Assembly (NCBI RefSeq): GCF_006345805.1
Contig: NC_042998.1
Location: 126,108,001-126,172,000, forward strand
Source: Octopus sinensis
Taxonomy: Eukaryota
Length of the DNA: 64,000 nt
Direction of reading: 5' to 3'
Position numbers and translations under genes: made by a program. Every line of letters begins with the position of its first letter. Within the stretch, counting starts at the first letter, position 1. The notes below the pieces were generated by a model, which did not search any database, was not told the origin of the DNA, and saw nothing but the letters and a program-made list of their open reading frames with translations. Positions 1 through 12,869 of the stretch are shown here, one piece after another.

Positions 1-324
1 CAGTGATAAAATGCACTTAGGAAATATTTCCTATTAGTAACAGTTTGCTTCTTGTAAATTCTGCAAAAAGTAAACATCTTCAGTTGATTCAGGGATTTGC
101 ACAATCAGTTAAGCTCTGATCTCTGGATTTTTATCAATACAAGAGGTTTTCATCAATATCATTCTTAATAATCACATATTCTTTATAATAACTATTCTTC
201 ATATTTATATATTTTTTCCTTCTTTCTGTTATTTGTTTCTATTTGATAAATCTTTTAGATTTTACATTTTGATTTGTCAATTTTCCATTGTAGCCTAGTG
301 TGTGTGAACTTTTTCCTACCCTAG

Positions 325-405
325 AATGGATCCTTGGCTGGAAAGATTTTGGTTTCAAGCAAAACAAAGAATCTTTTCTGAACAATGTTAAAGGCTTTTG
401 TAGTA
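325..405 (+). CDS. AUP1: AUP1 internal coding exon (first in window), acyltransferase-like region
   Basis: Acceptor ttttcctaccctag and donor gtaagt. Encodes WILGWKDFGFKQNKESFLNNVKGFCS and ends in phase 1, joining 2587 in frame. Resembles recalled vertebrate AUP1 'CWSRGF...LKRFCAS'. Confidence 0.85.
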
Positions 406-639
406 GTAAGTATTGCTTTTCCATTGTAATGTATCTGTGAAAACCTCCAATCACTTGACAGCTATTTATATTTCACTTTCATATATATTTCTCATCATCA
501 TCATTTTTATATATGCTTTTCTATACTGGCATGGGTTAGATTGGCCATTTTGAGGCTATATTTCTCAACTGAATACTTTTCTTGATGTTATCCCATTTAG
601 TCGTCTCTTGCAATACATAAAGATATGGTGTTAGAGGTA

Positions 640-1250
640 GCACACCATCTACTTCATCCTTGTCATAGATAATCATCTTCTGTAACATCCAATGCATTTG
701 AAACTCCACCTTTTTTGAATAATTTGACAATTATGTCAGCTTTTATTTCCTTCCTTGAATCAGCAACCCATTCACAAATCATACTGCCTTCATACTGCTT
801 CCCTTCATGTATGTTTTTTCTTCATCATGCATCCTGTTATCCCACTTAATTTTCATCATGGCCTTAAATGTCATATTGATACTAATATCTAATGGTTGCA
901 AAACACTTGTAAGTCTGCCAAGTATTACAGATATGTTAGTGTTGTGTAATCAGAGGCTTTCAAAATGTTCTCCATTAGATATGCTCTAAACTAATTCTAT
1001 ATAAGAAATCTCTTTTCCTTTTGTAGTCTACCAGCTCATAAATCCCAAACATCCCTTATCCATTTTCTATATCCACTCTTAGCCATCCAGCCTTGTGAAT
1101 GCACATGGATGACAATTCCTTTGCAAATTTTTCCTTTGGCAGGATTTTTATCTTAAAACTTAGTACTAAGAGTGATGCAAGAAAGGATTAAAGTAATCTT
1201 ACTTTTCTTGTAGCCAGTGGTGCTCATCAATACTAGTTTTTTTTTTCTCT
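640..1250 (-). pseudogene. pogo-family (POGK-like) DDE_1 transposase fossil in an AUP1 intron
   Basis: Minus-strand fragments KGIVIHVHSQGWM...WIRDVW and ICEWVADSRKEIKADIIVKLFKKGGVSNALDVTEDDYL, with many stops and shifts. Confidence 0.75.
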
Positions 1251-1459
1251 CCTTTTCGGTTCAGTTTGATTCTCTGGCATGTCAAAAGTAATAAGTGTTT
1301 TGTCTATTTTCCTAGTTGATGATAACTTGAAGTATTCCTCTTGCTGATTTCAGATTACAAACAGATGAAACTGTTATATCTTATAATGTAGGTCAACAGG
1401 CAGCTCCTGTGCAATCTTAGTTTGCTGCTTGAGTACCAACATCATATTGTGTCATAAAC

Positions 1460-1780
1460 CTAGTGCACCATCTAGCACTTGCTTCCTTCGATGTATGGAT
1501 TCCGCAGGCTGCATCATCATCATTTAATGTCCATCGTCCATGCTGGCATGGGTTGGGTGGTTTGATCAGAGCTGGCAAGCTGGGGAGCTGTACCAGACTC
1601 CAGTCTGATTTGGCATGGTTCCTACAGCGTGATACTCTTCCTAATGCCAACCACTATACAGAATGTGTTGGATGCTTTTACATGGTACCACATGAGCACT
1701 TTTATGTGGTACCACACAGATGCTTTCATTTAGTACTGCACAGGTGCTTTTACAGGGCAGCATACAGACACTTTTACATG
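1460..1780 (-). mobile_element. LINE 3'-tail fragment (SINE-like)
   Basis: catcatcatttaatgtcc...catgctggcatggg...ttcctaatgccaacc family signature. Confidence 0.8.
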
Positions 1781-2586
1781 ACTTTATACCACCAGAGGGA
1801 CTGATCTTAACACTTCTGATGTGGAGTGTAGGTCTTCTTGAGTACATGAATTACACAATTTCCATTTTGATGATTTTTTTCAAGTACCCACTATACAACA
1901 TTTTTCTCCAATTGTGGACATTTGCTTGTTTACCTCTTCATTTATACATTTTTTTCTTTTTTTGACCTTGTCTGAAATTTAATACCTCGAGTTTTTCACT
2001 TGTTTTCTGAAACACAAAATTCTCTTGCCGTAACCCAGTTACTTGTCTTTTTGAAAACTTCAGTAACTTCTAGTTTTAAAGCTGCTCTGTATTTCCTCTC
2101 TTTTATGGAGTGCATATTTACACGGGATTATGGCTAAATTGTAAAACTTCAGCTATATTCTATGGCTGCTATACTGAAACTGAAGTCAGCTTAGTAATAA
2201 AGAGACATTGTACCTGACTTTGCTTCTTCCATAATGAATTTCAAGAAACTAGTAACCTGATGTTTGTTTGATTTGCAATCAAAACACAATAATTGGCTAG
2301 CACAAAACAAACAAACAAACAAGCAACAAAAGCATTTTCACATTGTAGCAATTATATATTGGATAATTCCTTGATTCCATTATTTATGAAGAACTAGAGT
2401 TGACTTTTACAGAAGATATATAAAAATTTCAGATTTCTTGCTAAAAAATAGTCAACTGTTATAATGATTATATACAGTAACTTTTGTTGTTGGTTGCAAA
2501 AGTACAAGTCCTACAATTGTTGGGTAATAATAATATGATTGATAGTCTTTCACACTAGTTTATTACTATTTTTTATACACTTTCAG

Positions 2587-2659
2587 GTTCCAATATTCCT
2601 TTATTAGTTCATCCTGAAGGAAGTTCTACTAATGGACGTTATGGCTTACTAAAATTCTG
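2587..2659 (+). CDS. AUP1: AUP1 coding exon
   Basis: tttcag/gtaaat boundaries. SNIPLLVHPEGSSTNGRYGLLKF matches the recalled AUP1 motif PLLLFPEE..TNGR.GLLRF. Confidence 0.95.
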
Positions 2660-2889
2660 GTAAATATTCTTTAACTGAATTTTTTGTTGTATGTTATTTA
2701 CATAGTCTTACTTTAATTAAGTTATAATATTAATCTCAAAAGATGTTTCATAAATGACTTCTGTAAAAAAAATACAATAAAGATTAAGAAATGACTTCTG
2801 CCAAAAAAAAAAAATACAAGAATAAGAAAGAATTCTCTCCCTTAGATTTCTCACTTGCTCTTGCCTTATAGTGTATTAATCTTTTGGGT

Positions 2890-3070
2890 AGAAACCCCCT
2901 TCGGTCATGAATGGGATTGCACCTAGAAAGTTACCCTCCAAGGCACAAGTCCGAGCAGAGTTGTTTATAGAAGGCCAGTGGTCACCCATGCATACCAGCC
3001 TCCCCACTTCATGCCACTGATGTTTTCCAAGAGAAAGGCAAAGGCCAATACAGCTAGGCAGCAGTGACTT
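2890..3070. repeat. Interspersed repeat fragment, SINE-like
   Basis: GC-richer island gggattgcacctagaaagttaccctcc...gaaaggcaaaggccaatacagct that I recognise as repeat-like; single copy in the window. Confidence 0.4.
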
Positions 3071-3682
3071 CTATTTATTTGCTCATTAGTTTTTGAACTA
3101 TTTCTTCCATAATGTATGTTGCTTTTTCTATCTTTGTGTTGTAATTGTTTTTATGTCTGTATGTGTTATTATTTTTCTTTGGCAACATCCGAGTCTGGCC
3201 TATTAGCAAATAATTCTATATGAAATAATTCATGGGACGCAAACAGAACATTGAGAACCCAAACAATAATGTTTCAATTCATTCTTAATATGTTCTGGCA
3301 AATTAAAACATGAATCTGTGAGTGATCAGATATTTGTGTTCGAATCTGCTAGAACAAATTAGTATGTATATGTTATACTTTTATCTGTACTTTCATGTAA
3401 AAGTATATACATTACTGGAGGTGTGGTCAGTAGGGGGTTCCATCTTATACATTCATCAGGAATTTTGGGTATTATATTTATTGGGTATTAATCTTAAATG
3501 TGGAATGATTGTATAAGAATAGTTTATTTGATATGATATGAGTAGGCTCTAACTAGATAATTGTTATGTAATACACTGGTAGAAGCATTCTTGTCATAAT
3601 TAGTCTTAAAATGATATTTCTATTTTTATCTGTATGTATGTATTTATGAAAACTGAAATGAAATTATTGTCATTACTTTCAG

Positions 3683-3719
3683 CACCTGGCCATTTTCACT
3701 TGACTTTCCATTACAACCT
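3683..3719 (+). CDS. AUP1: AUP1 37-nt coding exon
   Basis: ctttcag/gtaagc. (C)TWPFSLDFPLQP matches AUP1 SWPFSIQDVVQP; phases fit both neighbours. Confidence 0.9.
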
Positions 3720-3968
3720 GTAAGCAGTAGTAAAACTATTTTCCTTTCCTGTTTAATTTTCAAAACATTTTGCTTAAAAAAAATGAAAATGCATTAAGTT
3801 GCCTTTAAAAGTGGTAATCTGTCTGATGACAAAGCTAATATATCTTCTAAATACTTAAGTCACAAGTATTTTTGTGATTTTTCAGTTTTTAATACTTTTA
3901 ATTAATGCAGTTTTATTATAAATTAAAATTGGTATTATCCTAACAAATCAATTTCAAATTAATTTCAG

Positions 3969-4013
3969 ATGACTCTCCATGTATCTCGGCCAAATATTTT
4001 TCAAATTGCAGTG
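3969..4013 (+). CDS. AUP1: AUP1 45-nt coding exon
   Basis: atttcag/gtaagt. MTLHVSRPNIFQIAV aligns to AUP1 LTLQVQRP; phase 0-0. Confidence 0.9.
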
Positions 4014-4189
4014 GTAAGTTCTTGTACAAAATTTTATCTTGCTGTTATTTATTAACTATATTTTTAAAAACTCAAATTACTAATTGTTAAGCAGTCTTTT
4101 TTCATGTATACATAAGTGTATTGTCTTTACTGGCTCACAAGACAACAATATGTGAACAACTAAATTAAAAATAGTTGTGTGCATGTATG

Positions 4190-7078
4190 TGCCTAGGATG
4201 TCGGTGCACTTGCTTTTAATGATTCAGAAAAGAAAGAGGCTTGGAGAAGCCATTAGGAAAGACTGCTGAATGTGGAGAATGAATAGGAGGAGGAGGGCCT
4301 GCCAAATGTTGACCCAGTAGAAGGACCAGCTATCTGAATAGACAGCTCCCTTGTAGATAAAGCAATTAAGGGTATGAAGCCAGGAAAAGCCCCTGGCCCA
4401 TCAAGAATCACTGCTGAGATGCTTAAAACATCTGGTGGTGTGGGCTATGGCCTTGTCACTTGCATTGTAAACCAGGTGGTTCATGATAGAATCATACCCA
4501 TGACTGGCATTGCAGCATCATAATCAACTTCTACAAGGGTAAAGGTGATTCTTTAGATAGAAATAACTACAGGGGTATCAAACTGCTAGATCAGGTGATG
4601 AAGGTCATGGAGAGGGTCATAGCCCAACTCATTAGGGAGAGAGTCTTCTTAGATGAGATGCAGCTCAGTTTTATGCCAGGTAGAAGCACCACTGATGTCA
4701 TATTCCTGGTTTGACAACTGCAGGAGAAATACCTAGCTAAAGATAAACCCCCATACTTAACTTTTGGAGATGGCCTTTGACAGTGTCCCCCAATCTCTTA
4801 CCTGGTGGGCAATGCAGAATCTGGGGATTGACGAATGGTTAATAAGGGCTGTACAGGCCCTTTACAGAGATGCCGTTAGTAAGGTTAGGATTGGCAATGA
4901 GTATAGTGAAGAATTCCAGGTAGAAGTAGAGGTTCACCAAGGTTCAGCCCTCAGTCCCCTTTTATTCATCATAGTCCTCCAGGCAATAACAGAGGAATTC
5001 AAGACAGGTTGCCCTCATAGCAGAATTACTACCAGAACTAGAAAAGAAATTTCGGGTGTGGAAGCAAGGTTTAGAATCAAAAGGCCTTAGAGTCAATATA
5101 GTAAAGACTAAAGTTCTAGTGAGTAGGAAAGCAAACACATCACACACACCCTCAGATAGGTGGCACTGCTCGATGTGTGGAAAAGGTGTAGGTAGAAACT
5201 CCATAAGATATACCCAGTGTAAGCTATGGACACATAAGAGGTGCAGCAACATCAAAGGAAGATTAACCAAGAAGATAGCTTTTGTGTGCGGTAGATGCAC
5301 AGGAGCAATAAACACCACAGATGCTCAGAAAACAGATTCCATCACACTCCAGGGGGAGAAACTAGAAGTAGTTGATAGCATCCGCCACCTAGGTGACCAA
5401 ATTAGTAGTAGGGGTGGATGCTCAGAGAGTGTTACCACTAGAATAAGAATAGCCTGGGCAAAGTTTAGAAAGCTTTTACCCTGCTCAGAGTGAAAGGTAG
5501 ATTGTACGATGCATGTGTACAAACTACCATGCTTCATGACAGTGAAACATGGGCCATGACTGTGGAAGACATGCGTAGATTCAAAAGAAATGAAGCTAGC
5601 ATGATCTGCTGGATGCGTAATGTCAGTGTGCACACACAACAGAGTGTAAGTGCCCTGAGAGAAATGTTAGACATAAGAAGCATAGGATGTGGCGTGCAAG
5701 AGAGACGTTTGCGCTGGTATGGTCATGTACTACGGATGGATGAGGAGAGCTGTGTGAATAAGTGCCACTCTCAAACAGTTGAAGGAATCTGGAGTAGAGG
5801 TAGACCCAGGAAGACATGGGATGAGGTGGTGAAGCATGACCTTCAAACGTTGGGCCTCACAGAGTCAATGACGAAAGACCAAGACCTCTAGAGATATGCT
5901 GTGACTGCGAAGACCCGGCAACTACAGTGAGTTCACGGCTGTATCCTACACCAGTTTTGCATAACCAGTCCCAGCCCATTCAAAAGTACCTTGGATCGTA
6001 GGGTGACCTGCTGTGCTTGAGGAGACCTATTGAGTCAAGTACATCATCATCATCATTTAACGTCCGCTTTCCATGCTAGCATGGGTTGGACGGTTCAACT
6101 GGGGTCTGGCAAGCCCAAAGGCTGCACCAGGCCAGTCAGATATGGCAGTGTTTCTACAGCTGGATGCCCTTCCTAACGCCAACCACTCCGAGAGTGTAGT
6201 GGGTGATTTTATGTGCCACCGACACAGGTGCCAGACGAGGCTGGCAAACGGCCACGCTCGGATGGTGTTTTTTATGTGCCACTGACACAGGTGCCAGACG
6301 AGGCTGGCAGACGGCCACGCTCGGATGGTGTTTTTATGTGCCACCGACACAGGTGCCAGATGAGGCTGGCAAACGGCCACGATCGGATGGTGCTTGTTAC
6401 GTGCCCACAGCACGGAGGCCAGTCGATGCGGTACTGGCTACGGCCACGTTCGGATGGTTTTCTTGTGTGCCACGTGCCACCGGCACTGGTACCACAAAGA
6501 TACAAATTCCATTGATGTTCATCTATTTTGATTTGTTTTGATTTTCACTTGCCTCAACAGGTCTTCACAAGTGTCACAAGAAGGAAGGTATGCACAGGTG
6601 GACTGACTACGTCCCAGGTAGGGGCCATGGGTTATGGCCTGACTAGTCTTGCCGGGTCTTCGGATGGTGTTTTTATGTGCCACCGACACAGGTGCTAGAT
6701 GAGGCTGGCGAAATCAACATAAAATGAAAATCAAATGGAAATTGTAGTGGTGATACTCGTGCCAGTGGCACGTAAAAAGCACCATCTGAACGTGGCCAAT
6801 GCTAGCGCCGCCTTGACTGGCTTCCATGCTTGTGGCATGTAAAAAGCACCAACCGATCGTGGCCGTTTCCAGCATTCTCTGGCCCTTGTGCCGGTGGCAC
6901 GTAAAAAGCACCCACTACACTCATGGAGTGGTTGGCATTAGGAAGGGCATCCAGCTATAGAAATACTGCCAAATCAGATTGGAGCCTGGTGCAGCCTCCT
7001 GGCTTTTCAGACCTCAGTCGAACCATCCAATCCATGCTAGCATGGAAAACGGACATTAAACAGTGATGATGATGTTTA
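4190..7078 (+). mobile_element. RTE-type LINE, 5'-truncated and decayed, interrupted at 6043-6712
   Basis: RT remnants NYRGI, AFDSV and VHQGSALSP (YADD deleted), C-terminal RLRWYGHV. The 3'UTR resumes at 6715 and ends in gatgatgatg near 7075. Confidence 0.92.
6043..6712 (-). mobile_element. LINE 3'-end fragment nested antisense in the 3'UTR of the + strand LINE
   Basis: (CAT)n tail at the left, ~50-bp tandem units, ORF-end remnant aagacccggcaagac at ~6650-6660. Confidence 0.88.
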
Positions 7079-7748
7079 TATGTCTTCATATTTATATAAG
7101 TGATCAAAGGTGGCAAAGCAACAGAAATTTGAACAAAACATTCTTCTTCACCATATTTTGTTGTTCAAAATTTTCATCCTTGTATGTTGACGTTCAAATC
7201 TTACCAGCATTACCTTTTGCCTTTCATCTCTCTTCCAAGGGTGATAAAATAAATGACGTGGTTAATTCTGTTGACTATACCACATCTCTACAAATTTGCA
7301 GCCTTCTGCTAATTGAAGAAATTAATTTAGGTAATCTATTAGATTGCAACTGAGTAAAAGTTGGTTGTCACTAACAAATTAAGACCCACAGGTACATGCA
7401 TGTCTTATTTATATTGAATATTTGTATTTTATACATGTATGCATTTGTTCATCTATCTATCCATCCTTCTTTCATTCTTACCTTCCTTCCTTCATCTTCA
7501 ATCATAACTGACATGGATCTGCAATACACCATTCTTCCATTCATTTCACTTGTGTATTACATACCATCCGTGAAGCCCAGTGCTGTGAAGTTGTAATTTG
7601 AATACTGACACACTGCTTTTAAGTCTTCAGTGTACGCTAGATATTCAGTACAAAGTCTGCAACCTGTACAAGAGATTACTGTCATAAAGAATCATTATCA
7701 ACTTCAAATGTTTAAAACTAGTCTCATTATGATTCTTATTTTTTACAG

Positions 7749-7822
7749 ACGACCTTAAACAGCCGATGGTGGGAGGATCTCTTCTGGTGTCTTTTTGTGC
7801 CAGTCACTTGGTTTACAATCAG
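7749..7822 (+). CDS. AUP1: AUP1 coding exon
   Basis: ttttacag/gtgaga. TTLNSRWWEDLFWCLFVPVTWFTI(R) matches AUP1 SW.SELLWSLFVPFTVYQV. Confidence 0.93.
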
Positions 7823-9059
7823 GTGAGACATCTGAATTTATTTTATTCAAATAAAATTCTTTATTTGAACACTTGAGGCTAAATCATCTGGGCTAATTTC
7901 ATTCATTGGAAATTCTATACAGTCCTCATTCTGTATAAAATTGTTTTTTTATATACTTTTCTCATTTTAGTTTTCCGTAGGAATTTTGCAGTATTCTTTT
8001 TCTACTAAATGATTAGTATATTATTATTTATATGATAATATAGATGCACTCCTGAAACTCTGACATGATCATATAGGCTTATCTCAGGCTTCATAATGGT
8101 GAAAAAAATAAGATACATTTTCTCATGGACAGAATGCCAATCTAATGCATAGCTAGACATACTGGAATATATAGAATTAAGTGTACTCTTTATCTACAAA
8201 ACAAGGTTTTCAATAGAGCTGAACATTAGACCTATGACTAGAGCTGAACACTAGACCAATGATTGTCATCACTATCATGATCATTTCACTTTTAAAACTA
8301 TTAGTTAGAATGTATCCAATTGCCAGTCAAACAAAGTGAGGCAAATTGATACAATTTTTTTTTGTCTTTTCTTAACTCATCTGAGGAGGAATAGTATCCA
8401 TAATGCAAATTCTTCAAGACTTGTGAGATGAATGTTGTTGATATGCAAAATGAACTGGTGCTCACTTGTTAAAAAAAACATCAGTTAAGAAATCCCAGAA
8501 GAGCCTCAGTTCTAAGAAAGAATGGTTGTTAAAAATATTTAGTACAGAGATGTAGAGGTGACAAGTGGAGGGATGATTTGTGAGCTTGATGACAGGATGT
8601 ATGCAGCTAGCTTGTTCAACAAAGCAAAGATCATTGAATAGCTGTATAAGATAGAGTGAAAAGAAACATAAGCTAATAACTGTAGCACTTTGGTGACCAT
8701 GTCTTAACTAATAAACCAAATTACTGTTATTTTTAATGTAGTGTAGGACATTATGTATGTAAGAACACTACTATACCTGGTATGCAAGCAATATTCCAAT
8801 GTTAGCTATATTTTAAATTTGTACAGGGTTTTACTTATAGTAAGGGAAAGTTTCAAGCAGACAAAGCAAGTTATTGAGGATTGTTTCCATCTCCTTTTGA
8901 AATGTATGAAGGGCAGGCCAATAGTGTTTGTATGATCAGAGAGGTAACTTTTCTTAGGAATGAACTTACCACCTGTACTTCCATAGTTTGAATAGATCCA
9001 TGTAAAGAAAAGTGAATCAAATAGCTTGATATGGAGAGAAACTGTCTCTGGACTACAGT

Positions 9060-9261
9060 TTAACCGTTTAGCATTTAAACCAGCCATATCCGACCAAAAT
9101 ATTCTACCTGCTTTGTGTTCAAATTGACCAAATCTGGCCCCTCACACCTATCCTACAATGTCATTCTAAAAATAAACTACCATGTCATCATGACGAATTT
9201 GAAACAATGTGAATAGATGAGCATTACATTTAACAAGATAATCTGAATGCTAAAGGGTTAA
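9060..9261 (+). mobile_element. piggyBac-type MITE
   Basis: TTAA|CCGTTTAGCATT ... AATGCTAAAGGG|TTAA. Confidence 0.75.
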
Positions 9262-10327
9262 GGGTAATTGTAAATACAGTCAGAATGGGTTGCCATATTG
9301 AGTTAGTGGTTGGAAATTATTTCAAGCTTAACAACTGTGTGTATTTAGTGGTGAGACAGGGAAGTTGTCAGTTCTGTTCTCAATCAAGTAGACTTGGGCA
9401 AAAAGAATAATGTATGTTACAGGTAAAGAAGATAGTAAAATGCCTGTAGTTATGTCAGTGATGCAGCTCCTTTGCCTTCCAGCTATCATATTTGTGCTAA
9501 TTTAACGAAAATCTATTAAAGAATATTAATCTCTCTCTCTCATATATGCATGCACGCACTACACAGGTTATATTAATCCATGAATGTCATACAGTTAAGT
9601 GGGAAAGGAAGGATAACTATTTGTAAACATTCATTCACTTCCAGTTTGTATGCAAATATTCAAATTTTGCAAAACTTTCTCATCCACCAACATTTACATG
9701 AAAATTCATGGTAAACTATTAACTGTATAATAACCACAAAGCAATTTCAAACATCTCGCTGGTGTGCTTAAAGTAGGAACCATGTACTTTAAATGCCTAG
9801 CTTTTATATTTCCTATTTTGTTTTTTAGAACAGATAGTTACTTTTCTTAATTTGGACTTTTCAGCCTGGATGTTCTGCTTACAATTAATCCTTTTCGTTC
9901 TGAAGTTAGAGGAGCTCAATATTTTTGTTGTAACATTTGAACTATAACCTTTTGGTTGGTAGTCCAGCACTTTAAATGACCTGGATCTCACTTGCATTTG
10001 ATTTTTAGTTTGGTTTCTACAGCTAGATGTACTTCCTCATATCAGCTAATTTACATTGTGTACTGGGTATGTTTTCATGATTTCAGCTCTATAGAGGTAG
10101 CAATGTTCTTGTCATGAGTACATGGATCTTGTGATTCCTTGTCTCTGCTTATTTGCCAGCCTCTTTACAAAGTGAGATGCGTAAGTGATAGAGACATTAA
10201 TGATAGTGGTGATGTATATACATATTTAAGCAGTATACAGTTCAGCGTTCACAGCTATTTATAAATGAAAGTATCAATAAAAATTATGGCGGTGTGGGAA
10301 GACTTATATTAGATGAGTTTAACATAA

Positions 10328-10544
10328 TTAGCCCTTCAGTATTCAGATTACTTTGTCAAATGTAATGCTTATTTATTTACATTTTTAAAAATTCATCATG
10401 TATTGCCTTGTAGTTTTGAGATTTCAAAGATTAAGTTGTTTATTTTTAGAATAACATTGCAGTCTTGGTGTGAGAGGCCAGATCTGACCAGTTTGAACAT
10501 AAAGTAGATGGAAAATTTTGCCTGTTTAAATGCTAAAGGATTAA
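10328..10544 (-). mobile_element. piggyBac-type MITE, same family, reverse orientation
   Basis: Internal similarity to the 9060 copy; termini ttagcccttcagtattcag / tgctaaagga|ttaa. Confidence 0.65.
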
Positions 10545-11539
10545 TAGTTAGGATTTATAGATACTCTGGAAATCCACCAAAATGTAGTTAATTTTTTTGT
10601 TTAGATCTCATCTTTAAGAAACCTACAGAAAAATTAAATTATATTCATAAATTATCTAACCACATAAAGAACATTTTTAATAACTTAGAAATATATCCCT
10701 AGTAATCTCCAGATTATCTTCAAATTAAGGAATTTCTATGGAAGATTCAAAGACTATAATGAAGTATTAGGAAGTGAATTTACTGAAGAAACAACTCACT
10801 ATGAAAATACCCTGAACCTTTCATTTGTGTGGGATGGAGTTTGCTTCCCAACCACATGGTTCCAGGTTCAATCCCACTGTGTGGCACCTTGGACAAGTGT
10901 CTTCTACTATAGCTGTGGACCAACAAAAGCCTTGTGAACAGATTTGGTAGACAAAAACTGAAAGAAGCCTGTTGTATGGGTGTGTGTGTGTGTGTAGCTT
11001 TGTGTCTGTGTTTGTCTCCCATCACTGCTTGCCAAGCAGTATTGGTGTGTTTATGTCCCTGTAACCTAGCAGTTCAGTGAAATAGTTCATTAGAATAAAC
11101 ACAAGGCTTTAAAAAAAGGACTGAGGTCGATTCATTCAACTAAAATTCTTCAAGACAGTGTCCTAGAACCAGGGACGGTCTCAGTTGGGTTGGTAACAAA
11201 AAGGTTAAATTTCTGAAATATAGATCATATAGATGAAAACTGCATTTGTGCCTGTGTTTGTCCCCCCACAACCACTTGACAACTGGTGTCAGTGTGTTTA
11301 TGTCCCTAATACTTAAAAATAAGTACCAGCCTTAAAAAGAAAATAAGCAATGGGGGTCAAATAGTTCATCTAAAATTCCTCAGAGTGGAGCCCCAACATG
11401 GTTGCAGTCTAATGACTGAAACGAGTAAAAGATATATATATATATATATATATGGCTAAAATATTACAATGGGTTTTTTTACTAGAACTATGTTTCATCA
11501 GCCTGTTGGGCCACAGCTGATTCTATATTGTAAACAAGA

Positions 11540-11930
11540 CACAGGCTTGGGTGTAGGGTAAGAAGCTTGCTTCTCAACCACATGGTTCCAGGTTCAGTCC
11601 AGCTATGTAGCACCTTGGGCAAGTATCTTCTACTATAGCCTCAGGCTGACCAAAGCCTTGTGAGTGGATTTGGGAAATGGAAACTAAAAGAAGACCATCA
11701 CATATATACATATATTTATGTGTGTGTGTCTGTATTAGTCCCCCTTCGCTGCTTGACAACCGGTGTTTGTGTGTGCGCCCCCGTAACTTAATGGTTCAGC
11801 ATAAGAGACTGATAGAGTAAGTACTAGACTTAGAAATAGTAAGTCCCAGGGTCGAATTATTCGGCTATAATCTTTCAAGACGGTGCTCCAGTATGGCCAC
11901 AGTCAAATGACTGAAACAAGTAAAAGAATA
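11540..11930 (+). mobile_element. tRNA-derived SINE with CORE-like segment (family A)
   Basis: tRNA-like head (ggtaagaagcttgcttctcaaccacatggttccaggttcagtcc), ccttgggcaagt core, (TA)/(TG) middle, tail caaatgactgaaacaagtaaaagaataaaa. Further copies at 10830-11165, 11240-11430, 15915-16195, 20110-20320(-), 38700-38980(-), 51400-51540(-) and 63440-63670(-). Confidence 0.85.
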
Positions 11931-12476
11931 AAAGTGCTTCATTTGATACATTCTGTTCTTAAAGTATGTGAACTCAAATATTTTTCTTATCAATTCAAAA
12001 AAAAATTTATATGTTTAAAACTGTTTTTTGAAGAAAATACATTGGTTGCAGTAGCATAATGCATGTGCCAAAATTCCATATTGAACATCTGTAATCAGAA
12101 AGTCTACTTCATCCATGTGACGCTACATGGGTGAAGAGATGTAACTTCCACTAGAAGTGACGGACATACTAGGACAGAAAACAGAGGATATATAACATGT
12201 TCAGAGCAACCATGCACATTACATATTGTAAAGCACAATGTAATCTACAAGCAGGTACTAGGCAAGAGTATAGATTGATATGTGGGTCAAACCTGGATGT
12301 TCGACAAATTGTTTCTGTGCATGCATCTGTTCAGTCAGCACTGACAGAGACTACACAATAACAACAATACAAAACAAAATGCTACTCAAACAAGTATACC
12401 TTGTTTATGATAGTGCAGAAAATGTGTACCAGTTTGGCTGCTGTTGAAAATGGATTAATAATAAATCTTCAATATA

Positions 12477-12677
12477 AAGGGTGGGTCAAAAGCCATGCAC
12501 CGAAACATTAGACATTTTATTTATATTACATTATTATTGTTATTATTCATTTTGTTTATCATGTAGAAGTATGTGTGTATTCATCATTATTTTTATTTGA
12601 TTTTAGAAAAATTGAAGCATGTCTGATACTTCTGGAGCATATTGAACTTATTGGTGCATAACTTTTGGCCCATCCAA
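12477..12677. mobile_element. Small Tc1/mariner-type MITE
   Basis: TIRs gggtgggtcaaaagccatgcacc / ggtgcataacttttggcccatcc, flanked by TA. Confidence 0.6.
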
Positions 12678-12869
12678 TATATACAGACACACACATACAC
12701 ACTTGGTTAAGTGTAACATATTAACTGTAACTGTTTGTCAAAATCTTAACCTGCATGCTTCTTACATTTTATAGATTTTATAAATGAAACCGCATTACTT
12801 GGTTTTAAGATCCAAATTGTAACATATCTTCCTCTTTTTTTCTTTTTTTTTTTTTATCTCTATTGTTAG

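Noticed and set aside
1354-1391. Possible extra AUP1 exon (tttcag...G/gtcaac)
   Set aside because: Spliced after exon 325-405 it reads into TAG; the donor is weak and exons 405/2587 already join in frame.
6200-6400. ~50-bp repeat arrays (also 15510-15720) and the 69-bp array at 28035 as CRISPR-like arrays
   Set aside because: Head-to-tail units with no unique spacers, no cas genes, and a eukaryotic context.
6073-6541. Recurrent ORFs beginning MLAWVGR... or MLWARNKHH... (also at 16621, 19985, 30068, 30084 and 59006) as a gene family
   Set aside because: They are translations of the GC-richer non-coding LINE 3'UTR repeat; frames are not conserved between copies.
10830-11930. tRNA genes
   Set aside because: The tRNA-like segments are decayed SINE heads that continue into SINE bodies and cannot form a full cloverleaf.
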